Below are positions 51,764 to 61,909 of a stretch of 61,909 bases of DNA, one piece after another. The stretch's first letter is position 1; the number at the start of each line of letters is the position of its first letter. Origin of the DNA: an uncultured Opitutia bacterium. GTDB taxonomy: Bacteria > Verrucomicrobiota > Verrucomicrobiia > Opitutales > Opitutaceae. The stretch spans positions 1 to 61,909 of the forward strand of contig CAJAYO010000569.1 of assembly GCA_903948415.1 (NCBI GenBank), in the 5' to 3' direction. The notes beneath the pieces are model-generated. The model saw only the letters and a program-made list of their open reading frames with translations. It did no database searches and was not told the origin of the DNA. A program made the translations under genes and the position numbers.

Positions 51764-52702
51764 ATGGCCACGAAATCGAAACCCGCTGCCAAGAAACCTT
51801 CCGCCAAATCGACCAAACCAGCGCCCAAACCGGCGCCGGCGAAGAAGCCCGCGGCCGCCAAGCCCATCGCCCACGCCAAGCCCGTCGCTCCCGCCAAAGC
51901 CGCACCGCCCGCGGCCAAGTCCGACAAGAAATCTCCCTCCATGGAAAAGCCCTCGAAGAAAAACGCCCTGCGCGACAGCATCCTGAAGCGCAAAGCCGCC
52001 CTCAAGCCCATCGCCTTCAGCCTCGATGAAGTCCGCGCCATCGCGCAAACCGTCGCCAGCCGGACCTCTGTCCCCGTCACGGAAAAAGCCGCGATCAAAA
52101 TCACCTCGGCCAAAGCCGCTGCGCTCGAGGCCCTCGACAGGCCCGTCAAACCGAGCCACGTCAAGGCCGCCTCGCTCGCCGACATCCTCGGCTTCAATCC
52201 GAAGAAGGCGCGTTCCGCCGAAGCCATCGCCGAACAGGACGTGCCCGAGAAATTCAAACGCTTCTACAAACTGCTGATCGATCTCCGCACCCACCTCACG
52301 GCCGGCATCGAACTCCACTCCGAAGAGACGCTGAAACGCTCGTCCAAGGACGACGCCGGCGACCTCTCCTCCTACGGCCAGCACATGGCCGACGCCGGCA
52401 CCGACACCTTCGACCGCGACTTCGCGCTCAGCCTCGTCTCGTCCGAGCAGGAAGCCCTCACCGAGATCGACTCCGCCATCAAGCGCATCCACGACGGCAG
52501 CTACGGCGTCTGCGAAATCACGCAGAAGCCCATCGCCAAGGAGCGCCTGCTCGCCGTGCCCTTCACCCGTTACTCCGCCGAGGCGCAAAAAGAGCTTGAG
52601 CGCAACCGCCACCGCGCCCGCACCCAGGCCGGCATCTTCGGCGAACTCGGCGAAGAAGGCGGCGGTAAAATCGCCTCGGACGACGGCGGCGGCGACGAAT
52701 GA
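51764..52702 (+). CDS. DksA/TraR-family protein with Lys/Ala/Pro-rich N-terminal tail
   Basis: An ATG at 51764 gives 312 aa. Residues 1-~65 are MATKSKPAAKKPSAKSTKPAPKPAPAKKPAAAKPIAHAKPVAPAKAAPPAAKSDKK. The C-terminal part is DksA-like (ADAGTDTFDRDFALSLVSSEQEALTEIDSAIKRIHDGSYGVCEITQKPIAKERLLAVPFTRYSAEAQ). Only the first Cys of the usual CxxC...CxxC finger is retained. Confidence 0.7.
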   Translation: MATKSKPAAKKPSAKSTKPAPKPAPAKKPAAAKPIAHAKPVAPAKAAPPAAKSDKKSPSMEKPSKKNALRDSILKRKAALKPIAFSLDEVRAIAQTVASRTSVPVTEKAAIKITSAKAAALEALDRPVKPSHVKAASLADILGFNPKKARSAEAIAEQDVPEKFKRFYKLLIDLRTHLTAGIELHSEETLKRSSKDDAGDLSSYGQHMADAGTDTFDRDFALSLVSSEQEALTEIDSAIKRIHDGSYGVCEITQKPIAKERLLAVPFTRYSAEAQKELERNRHRARTQAGIFGELGEEGGGKIASDDGGGDE

Positions 52703-52746
52703 CCGGTTGATCCGGCCCGCCCGCCCTGCCCACGATCCCTTCCGCC

Positions 52747-53307
52747 ATGCCCCCCGGACAGCCCCCCCCCGCCGCGCCCTCCGGGCCGGACGGGAGCGAG
52801 CCCGCGGATCCTCGGTCGAGGCTCCAACGCGTCCTCGCCTATCGCCTCCTCCTCGGCCTCGCCGTCGCCGTCTTCGTTGCGGACCAACTGTCAAAAGCGT
52901 GGATCGTGCACCGCCTGCCCTACGGCACCTACGGGGAAGTCTACGGCGCGATCCGCGTCATCAAGGGGTTTTTCTACATCGTCCATGTCGGCAATACCGG
53001 GGCGGCGTGGAGCATGTTCTCGGGCCAGAGCGTGCTGCTCGCAACCCTCGCCCTCGCGACCCTCGTCGCCATCTTTTTCTGGCGCAGCGCCCTCGGCCTC
53101 CGGGACCGCCTCGCCCAGATCTGCTTCGGCCTCCTCTGCGGCGGCATCGTCGGCAATCTCACCGACCGCCTCCTGCACGGCCACGTCATCGACTTTATCG
53201 ACCTGCATTTCGGCACCTACGTGTATCCGACCTTCAACGTCGCGGACTCCGGTATCTGCGTCGGGGTGATGCTCTATCTTTGGCAGAGCCTGCGCGCGCC
53301 GAAGTAG
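52747..53307 (+). CDS. lspA: lipoprotein signal peptidase (signal peptidase II)
   Basis: 186 aa with motifs VADQLSKAWI, VGNTGAAWSMF, GGIVGNLTDRL, VIDFIDL and FNVADSGICVG. It has the conserved position downstream of ileS. Confidence 0.9.
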   Translation: MPPGQPPPAAPSGPDGSEPADPRSRLQRVLAYRLLLGLAVAVFVADQLSKAWIVHRLPYGTYGEVYGAIRVIKGFFYIVHVGNTGAAWSMFSGQSVLLATLALATLVAIFFWRSALGLRDRLAQICFGLLCGGIVGNLTDRLLHGHVIDFIDLHFGTYVYPTFNVADSGICVGVMLYLWQSLRAPK

Positions 53308-53338
53308 GCCGCAGTGCCGCCGCGACCCACCCCCCGGC

Positions 53339-54202
53339 CTACTCGACGTTGGCCATCTGCTCCCGCACGCGCTCGAGCTCGTTTTTCAATTCGATCACGG
53401 CCCGGGCGATCGTCAGATCGTTCGCCTTGCTGCCGATCGTGTTCACCTCGCGGCCGATTTCCTGCAGCAAAAACTCCGCCTTCCGGCCGATTTCCCCGTC
53501 CGACTTCAGCAGCGTGGCAAACTGCTCGAAATGGCTCCGCAACCGCGTGATCTCCTCGGTCACGTCACACCGGTCCGCAAAGAGCGCGATCTCCCGCAGC
53601 ACCCGCTCGTCGTTCACGTCCAGGTCCAGCCCCGCGTCGCGCAGCCGCTTCAGGAGCTGCTCGCGATAATTCGCCGGCACCTGCGCTGCCCGCCCCACGA
53701 CGACGTCGACCTGCCGGTGCAGCAGCTCGCTCCGCTTGATAAAGTCCACCATCAGCGCCTCGCCTTCTTTCGCCCGCATCGCCGAAAACGACCGCAAGGC
53801 CGTGGTCAACGTCGCCGTCACCACCGCCTGGGCCGCCTCCGCCGCCGGCCGCTCAGTCTCGCGCCGCTGCGCGTTGGCCACCTGCCAGAGCAGCTCCGGA
53901 GTCGGATGGAACGGCACGCCCTTCCGCGCCGCAAACGCGGCCACCCGGTCCAGCGCCTCGGACGCCGCCGCCTCGTCCCATGTCGCCTGCGTCGCGGTCT
54001 TCCCGCCCGTGAGCTCGAGGTCCACGTGGACCTTGCCGCGTAACGCAAATTTCCGCACGAGCTCGCCGACGTGCGGCTCGAGGCTGTCCCATTCCTCCGG
54101 CATTTTCACCGTGAGATCGAGCGTCTTCCGGTTCACCGAACTGACCACGGCGGTCAGGGAAAATCCCGCCAGTTCCGCCGTCGCCCGCCCGTAGCCGGTC
54201 AT
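53339..54202 (-). CDS. yicC: YicC-family stress-induced protein (endoribonuclease YicC-like)
   Basis: An ATG at 54202 gives MTGYGRATAELAGFSLTAVVSSVNRKTLDL..., ending ...GRKAEFLLQEIGREVNTIGSKAND...ELKNELERVREQMANVE (287 aa). These are the characteristic YicC N- and C-terminal domains. Confidence 0.85.
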   Translation of the reverse strand: MTGYGRATAELAGFSLTAVVSSVNRKTLDLTVKMPEEWDSLEPHVGELVRKFALRGKVHVDLELTGGKTATQATWDEAAASEALDRVAAFAARKGVPFHPTPELLWQVANAQRRETERPAAEAAQAVVTATLTTALRSFSAMRAKEGEALMVDFIKRSELLHRQVDVVVGRAAQVPANYREQLLKRLRDAGLDLDVNDERVLREIALFADRCDVTEEITRLRSHFEQFATLLKSDGEIGRKAEFLLQEIGREVNTIGSKANDLTIARAVIELKNELERVREQMANVE

Positions 54203-54207
54203 GCTTT

Positions 54208-55437
54208 TCACAGTTTCACGCCCAGAATTTTCGCCACCTGCTGGACGTCTTTGTCGCCGCGGCCGGAGAGATTGATGATAATCACCTTGTCCGGCCCCAG
54301 GGCTTTCGCGCGCTTCAGGCCTTCGACGATCGCATGCGTCGACTCCAGCGCGGGGATGATGCCCTCCAGCCGCGAACACAGCTGGAACGCCGCCATCACC
54401 TCGTCGTCCGTCGCGTAGGCAAACTGGATCCGGCCGCGGTCGCGGTAGAAGGCGTGCTCCGGCCCCACGGCCGCGTAGTCGAGCCCCGCACTCACCGAGT
54501 GCGTCGACTCGATCTGCCCTTCGGCGTCCTGCAGGAGAAATGTTTTGCAGCCCTGCAACACGCCCAGACGTCCGCCGGCGAAACGCGCCGCGTGCTCGCC
54601 GCGCTTGATCCCATGCCCGCCCGCTTCGACGCCGATCATCCGCACGCCGGGTTCCTCGAGAAACTCGAAGAACAATCCGATCGCGTTGCTCCCGCCGCCC
54701 ACACACGCGATCAGTTCGTCCGGCAACCGGCCTTCGCGCGCGAGGATCTGCTCCTTTGCCTCCTGCCCGATCACGCGGTGAAAATCCCGCACCATCATCG
54801 GGTACGGATGCGAGCCATACGCGGTGCCGAGAATGTAGTGCGTGCTGCGGACATTCGTCACCCAGTCGCGCATCGCCTCGTTGATCGCTTCCTTGAGCGT
54901 TTTCTGGCCGGCCTCGACACCGCGTACTTCCGCGCCCATCAGCCGCATCCGAAACACGTTCAACGACTGCCGCTCCATGTCGTGCGCGCCCATGTAGACG
55001 ACACAGTCGAGTCCGAATTTCGCGCAGGCCGCGGCCGTCGCGACGCCATGTTGCCCGGCCCCGGTTTCGGCAATGATGCGCTTCTTGCCCATCCGGCGCG
55101 CGAGCAACGCCTGCGCCAGGGCGTTGTTGATCTTGTGCGCACCGGTGTGGAGCAGGTCCTCGCGCTTCAGATAGATCTTCGCGCCGCCGCCGTGCTGCGT
55201 CAGCCGCTCCGCAAAATAGAGTTCCGTCGGCCGGCCGGCGAATTCCTTCAGATGATGGCGCAGCTCGGCCTGAAACGCCGGGTCGTGCCGCGCGACCTCA
55301 TAGGCCGCGCCCAGATCCTGCAACGCCGTCATCAACGTCTCGGGCACAAACACCCCGCCGTAGCCGCCAAAATGACCGCCCGCATCGGGCAGTGAGAACC
55401 GGTCAAGGGACGGAGTTTCGGCGGCGGCAGTGGGCAT
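54208..55437 (-). CDS. trpB: tryptophan synthase beta chain
   Basis: An ATG at 55437 gives [36 protein letters not shown]...[16 protein letters not shown] (PLP lysine)...[13 protein letters not shown]...GGGSNAIG. No trpA is adjacent. Confidence 0.93.
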   Translation of the reverse strand: MPTAAAETPSLDRFSLPDAGGHFGGYGGVFVPETLMTALQDLGAAYEVARHDPAFQAELRHHLKEFAGRPTELYFAERLTQHGGGAKIYLKREDLLHTGAHKINNALAQALLARRMGKKRIIAETGAGQHGVATAAACAKFGLDCVVYMGAHDMERQSLNVFRMRLMGAEVRGVEAGQKTLKEAINEAMRDWVTNVRSTHYILGTAYGSHPYPMMVRDFHRVIGQEAKEQILAREGRLPDELIACVGGGSNAIGLFFEFLEEPGVRMIGVEAGGHGIKRGEHAARFAGGRLGVLQGCKTFLLQDAEGQIESTHSVSAGLDYAAVGPEHAFYRDRGRIQFAYATDDEVMAAFQLCSRLEGIIPALESTHAIVEGLKRAKALGPDKVIIINLSGRGDKDVQQVAKILGVKL

Positions 55438-55510
55438 GGCAGGGAAGAGTGAGACCACACTTTCGCGGGAAGCAAAAGATTTTCCACGCCGGCTCTCCGA
55501 CCGCCCGCCC

Positions 55511-56953
55511 CTACCCCCGCTTCACGGTCACCAGCGTAAAATCATCTCGCGGCGGCGTGTCGCCCGTGAACCGCCGCAGGTTTTCCAGGATGCCGTCGTT
55601 CACCTCCTGCGCCGTCCGACCGTGCAGCATCCGGACCGCGTCGGCGAGCCGCGCGCCCGAAAACTCCGTGTCCGCCTCGTTCGGCGCCTCCGTCAATCCG
55701 TCGGAATAGAGCACGAGCACGTCGCCCGGCGCAAACGGCTCGGTCCGGTCCGCGATCACCTCCGAAAAAATCTCGTCCGGCACGAGCCCGAGCGGCATCC
55801 CCTCCGACCCGACGTAATCCGTGCGCTGCGTCCCGCTGCTGCGGTCGTGCCGCGCAAAGAGCGGCAGTTCGTGCCCCGCGCGCGCCAGGGTCACTTCATT
55901 TTTCGCCACGTCGATCATGCCGTAGAGCATGGTCACATAAAGCCCCCCCTGAATATCGGCCAAAAGCGTGCGGTTGAGTTCCCGCAACACCGCGGCCGGC
56001 GACCCATGCCGCGGCGCGATCTGGCGAAAATGGGTGCGGCAAATCGCCATCAACAGCGACGCCGGAATCCCTTTGCCGGAGACATCCGCGACCACCACCC
56101 CAAGTTGCGTCCCGGACAGCGCAAAGACGTCGTAGAAATCGCCGCCAACCTTCTGCGCCGGCGTGTAACGCGCGTCGATATCGAGTCCGGCCAGCGTGAC
56201 ACTGGCCCGCGGCAGGAGCATCTGTTGGATGCCGCTCGCCAGCGAGAGATCGAGGTCGAGCTGCTTTTTCTCGATCTGGAGATGGAGAAACTCCGCATTG
56301 TGCAGGGCCAGCGCCGCCTGCTCCGCCAGCGACCGCATCAGGGTAAAGTCCGACTCGCTGAACGGCTGTTCGCCCGCCGGATTCGTGACCGCCAGCACCC
56401 CGAAAAATCGCTCCCGAAATCGCAGCGGCACCGCGATCACCGACCGGACCGTCAGCGCCTCGTCGCGGTGTTTCACGATATGCGGATCCGCCGCCGCGTT
56501 CGCGAGCAACTCGCCCCGCCCGGTCTGCGCGACGCGCCCGACCATCCCTTCACCGACAGGAAACTCCTCCGACTTGAGCACCTGTTCGATGAACTTCGCG
56601 CGCGTCGTGAGCCGGCTCATCGCGGTGTCCGACAGCGGCCGGTGCGGCGGAAACAACCCTTCGACCGCGACGCCCCGCAGGGTGTTTTTCTCGGTGCGCT
56701 CGAAAATACACGCGCTCAGCGCCCCGGTGCACAGGATCGAGGCGTGGACTATCCGTTGCCGCAGCGCCTGCGCCCCCAGCCCCTCGCCGAGGGCCTCCGC
56801 CATCAGGTGCATGAAATCGAGCAGCCGCTGCCGGTCTTGCGCGAGCTGCTGGTTTTCCGCCTCCACGCGGTCCGCCTCGCGCCGGGTCCGCGCCAGCGGC
56901 CCCAGCATCGCCAGCAGTCCCGCCAGCAGCCCGATGATCACAAACCACATCAT
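55511..56953 (-). CDS. membrane-anchored GAF-domain PP2C-type (SpoIIE/RsbU-like) serine phosphatase
   Basis: An ATG at 56953 gives [21 protein letters not shown] (TM segment), a coiled coil, a GAF-like region ([15 protein letters not shown]...[16 protein letters not shown]) and a PP2C core ([35 protein letters not shown]). Confidence 0.8.
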   Translation of the reverse strand: MMWFVIIGLLAGLLAMLGPLARTRREADRVEAENQQLAQDRQRLLDFMHLMAEALGEGLGAQALRQRIVHASILCTGALSACIFERTEKNTLRGVAVEGLFPPHRPLSDTAMSRLTTRAKFIEQVLKSEEFPVGEGMVGRVAQTGRGELLANAAADPHIVKHRDEALTVRSVIAVPLRFRERFFGVLAVTNPAGEQPFSESDFTLMRSLAEQAALALHNAEFLHLQIEKKQLDLDLSLASGIQQMLLPRASVTLAGLDIDARYTPAQKVGGDFYDVFALSGTQLGVVVADVSGKGIPASLLMAICRTHFRQIAPRHGSPAAVLRELNRTLLADIQGGLYVTMLYGMIDVAKNEVTLARAGHELPLFARHDRSSGTQRTDYVGSEGMPLGLVPDEIFSEVIADRTEPFAPGDVLVLYSDGLTEAPNEADTEFSGARLADAVRMLHGRTAQEVNDGILENLRRFTGDTPPRDDFTLVTVKRG

Positions 56954-57031
56954 GCGCCACGCAGGTCTGGCAGGCCGCGCCCCCGCGGGCAACCGCAGAC
57001 TCGGCCAACGCCCGCCGGCCCGCCGCGAAAA

Positions 57032-57544
57032 CTATTTCTGCTCCACGCGATTCTTGAGAAACGCGAGCACGTCCTGAAATTTTGCCCGGTTCGCCTCGTC
57101 CACCGACACCAGGTTTTCGTGCGCCTCCAGCACGAGCCGGGCGTTGTCCAGCTCCGTGCGGTTCGCACACTGCAACGCCGTCTCGCACGGGTTGAAACTC
57201 ATCGCGAAATCTCCCGCATCGACCGTCAGCAACCGGTGCAAACCGAGGTTGCGGATCAGCTCAAGATTGCGCTGGCCCACCCGCGCGAGCACGAGGCTGC
57301 CGCCCGGCGCGGACTTGCGCAGTTCAAGCGCGGCTCCCGCGAGCACGCCGAGAAACGTGCTGTCCATGCTCGCACAGGCATGAAAATCGAGGACGAACCG
57401 CGTCTTCCCCTGCTTCAGCATGGCGCCGATGAAATCGCGCAGACACGCGCTGTTTTGGAAGCACGCGCGCCCCTCAATGCGCACGACCACGGGGTCGGAA
57501 TAGGCATCGACGAGATAGACGGACTTGGTGACGGACTCGGGCAT
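57032..57544 (-). CDS. STAS-domain protein (anti-sigma-factor antagonist-like) with C-terminal extension
   Basis: 170 aa. VVVRIEGRACFQNSACLRDFI...RFVLDFHACASMDSTFLGVLAG...LELIRNLGLHRLL has the SpoIIAA/RsbV-type layout with the phosphorylatable Ser in the MDSTFLG motif. It is immediately upstream of the PP2C phosphatase. Confidence 0.7.
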   Translation of the reverse strand: MPESVTKSVYLVDAYSDPVVVRIEGRACFQNSACLRDFIGAMLKQGKTRFVLDFHACASMDSTFLGVLAGAALELRKSAPGGSLVLARVGQRNLELIRNLGLHRLLTVDAGDFAMSFNPCETALQCANRTELDNARLVLEAHENLVSVDEANRAKFQDVLAFLKNRVEQK

Positions 57545-57666
57545 CGCAGAGGAGGGAAAGATAATCGGCCCAAACAGCCGTCGGTTAACGTGCGGTCGGT
57601 TTCACCGCCACGCAAGCGCGCGGACGGAGGATCGGCGGGCCACTAATACTGACGTCCTGACGCAAA

Positions 57667-57696
57667 GGCGCCCGCGCCGGGTGGCGGCGCGGGCGG
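57667..57696 (-). terminator. intrinsic-terminator-like hairpin after acnA
   Basis: The minus-strand RNA reads CGCCCGCGCCG-CCAC-CCGGCGCGGGCG followed by CCUUUGCG. It starts ~10 nt after the acnA stop (57706). Confidence 0.5.
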
Positions 57697-57705
57697 TGAA
57701 ATGGC

Positions 57706-60393
<2,688 letters not shown>

Positions 60394-60421
60394 GAAGAAG
60401 ATATCGGAGGGGGAAACAGAG

Positions 60422-60447
60422 GAGGCGGGCCGCGCCGGGCCCGCCTC
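60422..60447 (-). terminator. 10-bp GC hairpin between the peroxiredoxin gene and acnA (terminator or attenuator)
   Basis: On the plus strand: GAGGCGGGCC-GCGCCG-GGCCCGCCTC. On the minus-strand RNA it is followed by CUCUGUUUCCCC. Confidence 0.4.
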
Positions 60448-60456
60448 AGGGAAAAC

Positions 60457-60930
60457 TCAGCTGGCGAGCGCCGCCTTGACCGCCGCGAAATTCGGCAGGT
60501 CTTTCGGCGTCGCGGTCTGCTCGGCATATTTGACGACGCCGTCTTGGCCGATCACGAAGGCCGCCCGGGCCGACGTGTCGCCGATGCCGGCCAGCATCGG
60601 GAAGAGGACGCCGTAGGCCTTCGTCGTCTCCTTGTTCAGATCGGACAGGAGGGTGATGCCGATCTTGTTCGTCTTGGCCCAGGCTTCCTGGGTGAAGGGA
60701 CTGTCGACGCTGATCGCGTAAACGGTCGCGCCGAGCTTCTCGTAGTCGCCCAGCCCGCTCGTCTGGTCGCACATTTCCTGCGTGCAGACGCCGGTGTAGG
60801 CCAACGGGAAGAAAAGAATCACGGTCTGCTTCTGGCCGAAATTCGCGCTGAGCTTAACATCGACCAGACCGTCCGCGGTCTTGGATTTGAGAGTGAAATC
60901 AGGGGCTTGGGAGCCAACGGCGATGGGCAT
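60457..60930 (-). CDS. peroxiredoxin (AhpC/TSA-redoxin family)
   Basis: An ATG at 60930 gives MPIAVGSQAPDFTLKSKTADG...TVILFFPLAYTGVCTQEMC...VYAISVDSPFTQEAWA (157 aa). The peroxidatic Cys is in the PxxxTxxC context. Confidence 0.85.
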   Translation of the reverse strand: MPIAVGSQAPDFTLKSKTADGLVDVKLSANFGQKQTVILFFPLAYTGVCTQEMCDQTSGLGDYEKLGATVYAISVDSPFTQEAWAKTNKIGITLLSDLNKETTKAYGVLFPMLAGIGDTSARAAFVIGQDGVVKYAEQTATPKDLPNFAAVKAALAS

Positions 60931-61126
60931 GGGAGGAAGGATGGGTGGTTGGTTGAACGGAATCCGCACGAACGTCGCACGGAGAGAAAGGCGACGTTGA
61001 GCCACCGTCCCCGCCGCCGCAAACCGTTTTTCCGCTTAACCGGCGCGTTTCTGCGTGCACCGCCCGGCGCACGTGAAACGCTCTTGCGCGCCGGCGGCCG
61101 CGCCCCGTTTACTCGGCCCCTCCGCA

Positions 61127-61909
61127 ATGACGCTCCTCGACGAACTCCACTGGCGCGGCCTCTACGCCGACTGCACCGATCTTGCCGCGCTGACCAAGCG
61201 CCTGGCCGAGGGCCCCACGACGCTGTATTGCGGCTTCGACCCCACCGCCGACTCCCTCCACGTCGGCAACCTCGTCCCGCTGCTCGCGCTGCGCCGCTTC
61301 CAGCTCTTCGGGCACCACCCGATCGCCCTCGCCGGCGGCGCCACCGGCATGGTCGGCGATCCGTCCGGCAAATCCTCCGAGCGCAATCTCCAGACCCCGG
61401 AGCAGGTCGCGCACAACATCGCCTGCATCAAGCAGCAGCTCGCCAAGTTCCTCGACTTCGAGGCCGCCTCCAATCCCGCCCGCCTCGTCGACAACGCCGC
61501 GTGGACCGCCCCCGTCACGTTCCTCGAATTCCTGCGCGACGTCGGAAAATATTTTTCCGTCAACCAGATGATCGCGAAGGACAGCGTCCGCTCGCGCCTC
61601 GAAAGCGAGGGCGGCATCAGCTACACGGAGTTCAGCTACATGCTCCTGCAGGCCTTCGATTTTTGTCACCTGCGCCAGTCCGCCCAGTGCGAGCTCCAGG
61701 TCGGCGCGACCGACCAATGGGGCAACATCACCGCCGGCACCGACCTCATCCGCAAGAAACTCGGCGTCCCCGCCTGGGGCCTCACCTTCCCGCTCCTCAC
61801 CAAGAGCGACGGCACCAAATACGGCAAATCCGCCAGCGGCGCCGTCTGGCTCGATCCCGTCCGCACCACCCCCTATCGCTTCTACCAGTTCTTCGTCCAG
61901 GCCGAGGAC
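61127..61909 (+). CDS. tyrS: tyrosine--tRNA ligase, 5' part (runs off the window)
   Basis: An ATG at 61127 gives [88 protein letters not shown]... with the HIGH-type motif HVGN. There is no stop before the window end, so it is absent from the ORF track. Confidence 0.9.
   Translation, partial: MTLLDELHWRGLYADCTDLAALTKRLAEGPTTLYCGFDPTADSLHVGNLVPLLALRRFQLFGHHPIALAGGATGMVGDPSGKSSERNLQTPEQVAHNIACIKQQLAKFLDFEAASNPARLVDNAAWTAPVTFLEFLRDVGKYFSVNQMIAKDSVRSRLESEGGISYTEFSYMLLQAFDFCHLRQSAQCELQVGATDQWGNITAGTDLIRKKLGVPAWGLTFPLLTKSDGTKYGKSASGAVWLDPVRTTPYRFYQFFVQAED

Noticed and set aside
47526-51905. A 1459-aa ORF antisense to hemE/ileS. Comparable long antisense or off-frame ORFs are 590..3343, 6783..10679, 12190..14343, 14601..17300, 21083..23200, 30336..33188, 40786..42579, 42597..44591, 55430..57646 and 57754..59211.
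   Set aside because: These are shadow ORFs. Their translations are dominated by Arg/Gly/Pro/Ala/Glu with no motifs, and each fully overlaps a gene with unambiguous family signatures on the other strand or frame.

Overview
This is a very GC-rich chromosomal segment of about 62 kb; third codon positions are almost always G/C, which creates many long antisense shadow ORFs. Protein content suggests a PVC-group bacterium (Verrucomicrobia/Opitutaceae-like), but that is only an impression I cannot verify here. I can support about 45 genes, mostly housekeeping: alaS, a long ispH, glgB, ppc, an lptD-like gene, an rsmB-like gene, aas, a tandem-fused double uvrA, eno, rlmI, prfC, hemF-hemE, ileS/dksA-like/lspA, yicC, trpB, acnA and tyrS. 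I recognised no rRNA, tRNA, CRISPR array, transposase or integrase. Three places deserve a second look. (1) An accessory pocket at 24.1-28.2 kb between aas and uvrA holds a translationally coupled three-gene cassette: a frameshifted sigma54-activator-type AAA+ gene, an ABC-type ATPase and a small Toprim-like protein. The last two resemble split OLD/AbiL/PARIS-type conflict modules, and beside them lie truncated remnants of a VIT-domain gene and a rhombosortase behind a sigma54-like promoter. This cassette is my best candidate for an undescribed system. (2) At 8.1-10.6 kb an orphan ParA-like ATPase forms an operon with a partner ending in a MinD-like amphipathic helix and with a coiled-coil protein that has a basic N-terminal peptide. 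(3) Several housekeeping genes have unusual architecture: a 4-NBD fused UvrA-UvrA lacking zinc module 1 in both halves, a DksA-like protein with a histone-H1-like Lys/Ala/Pro tail and only one zinc-finger Cys, and an IspH with an N-terminal extension of about 190 aa. All family calls come from motif recognition by eye; no searches were run.
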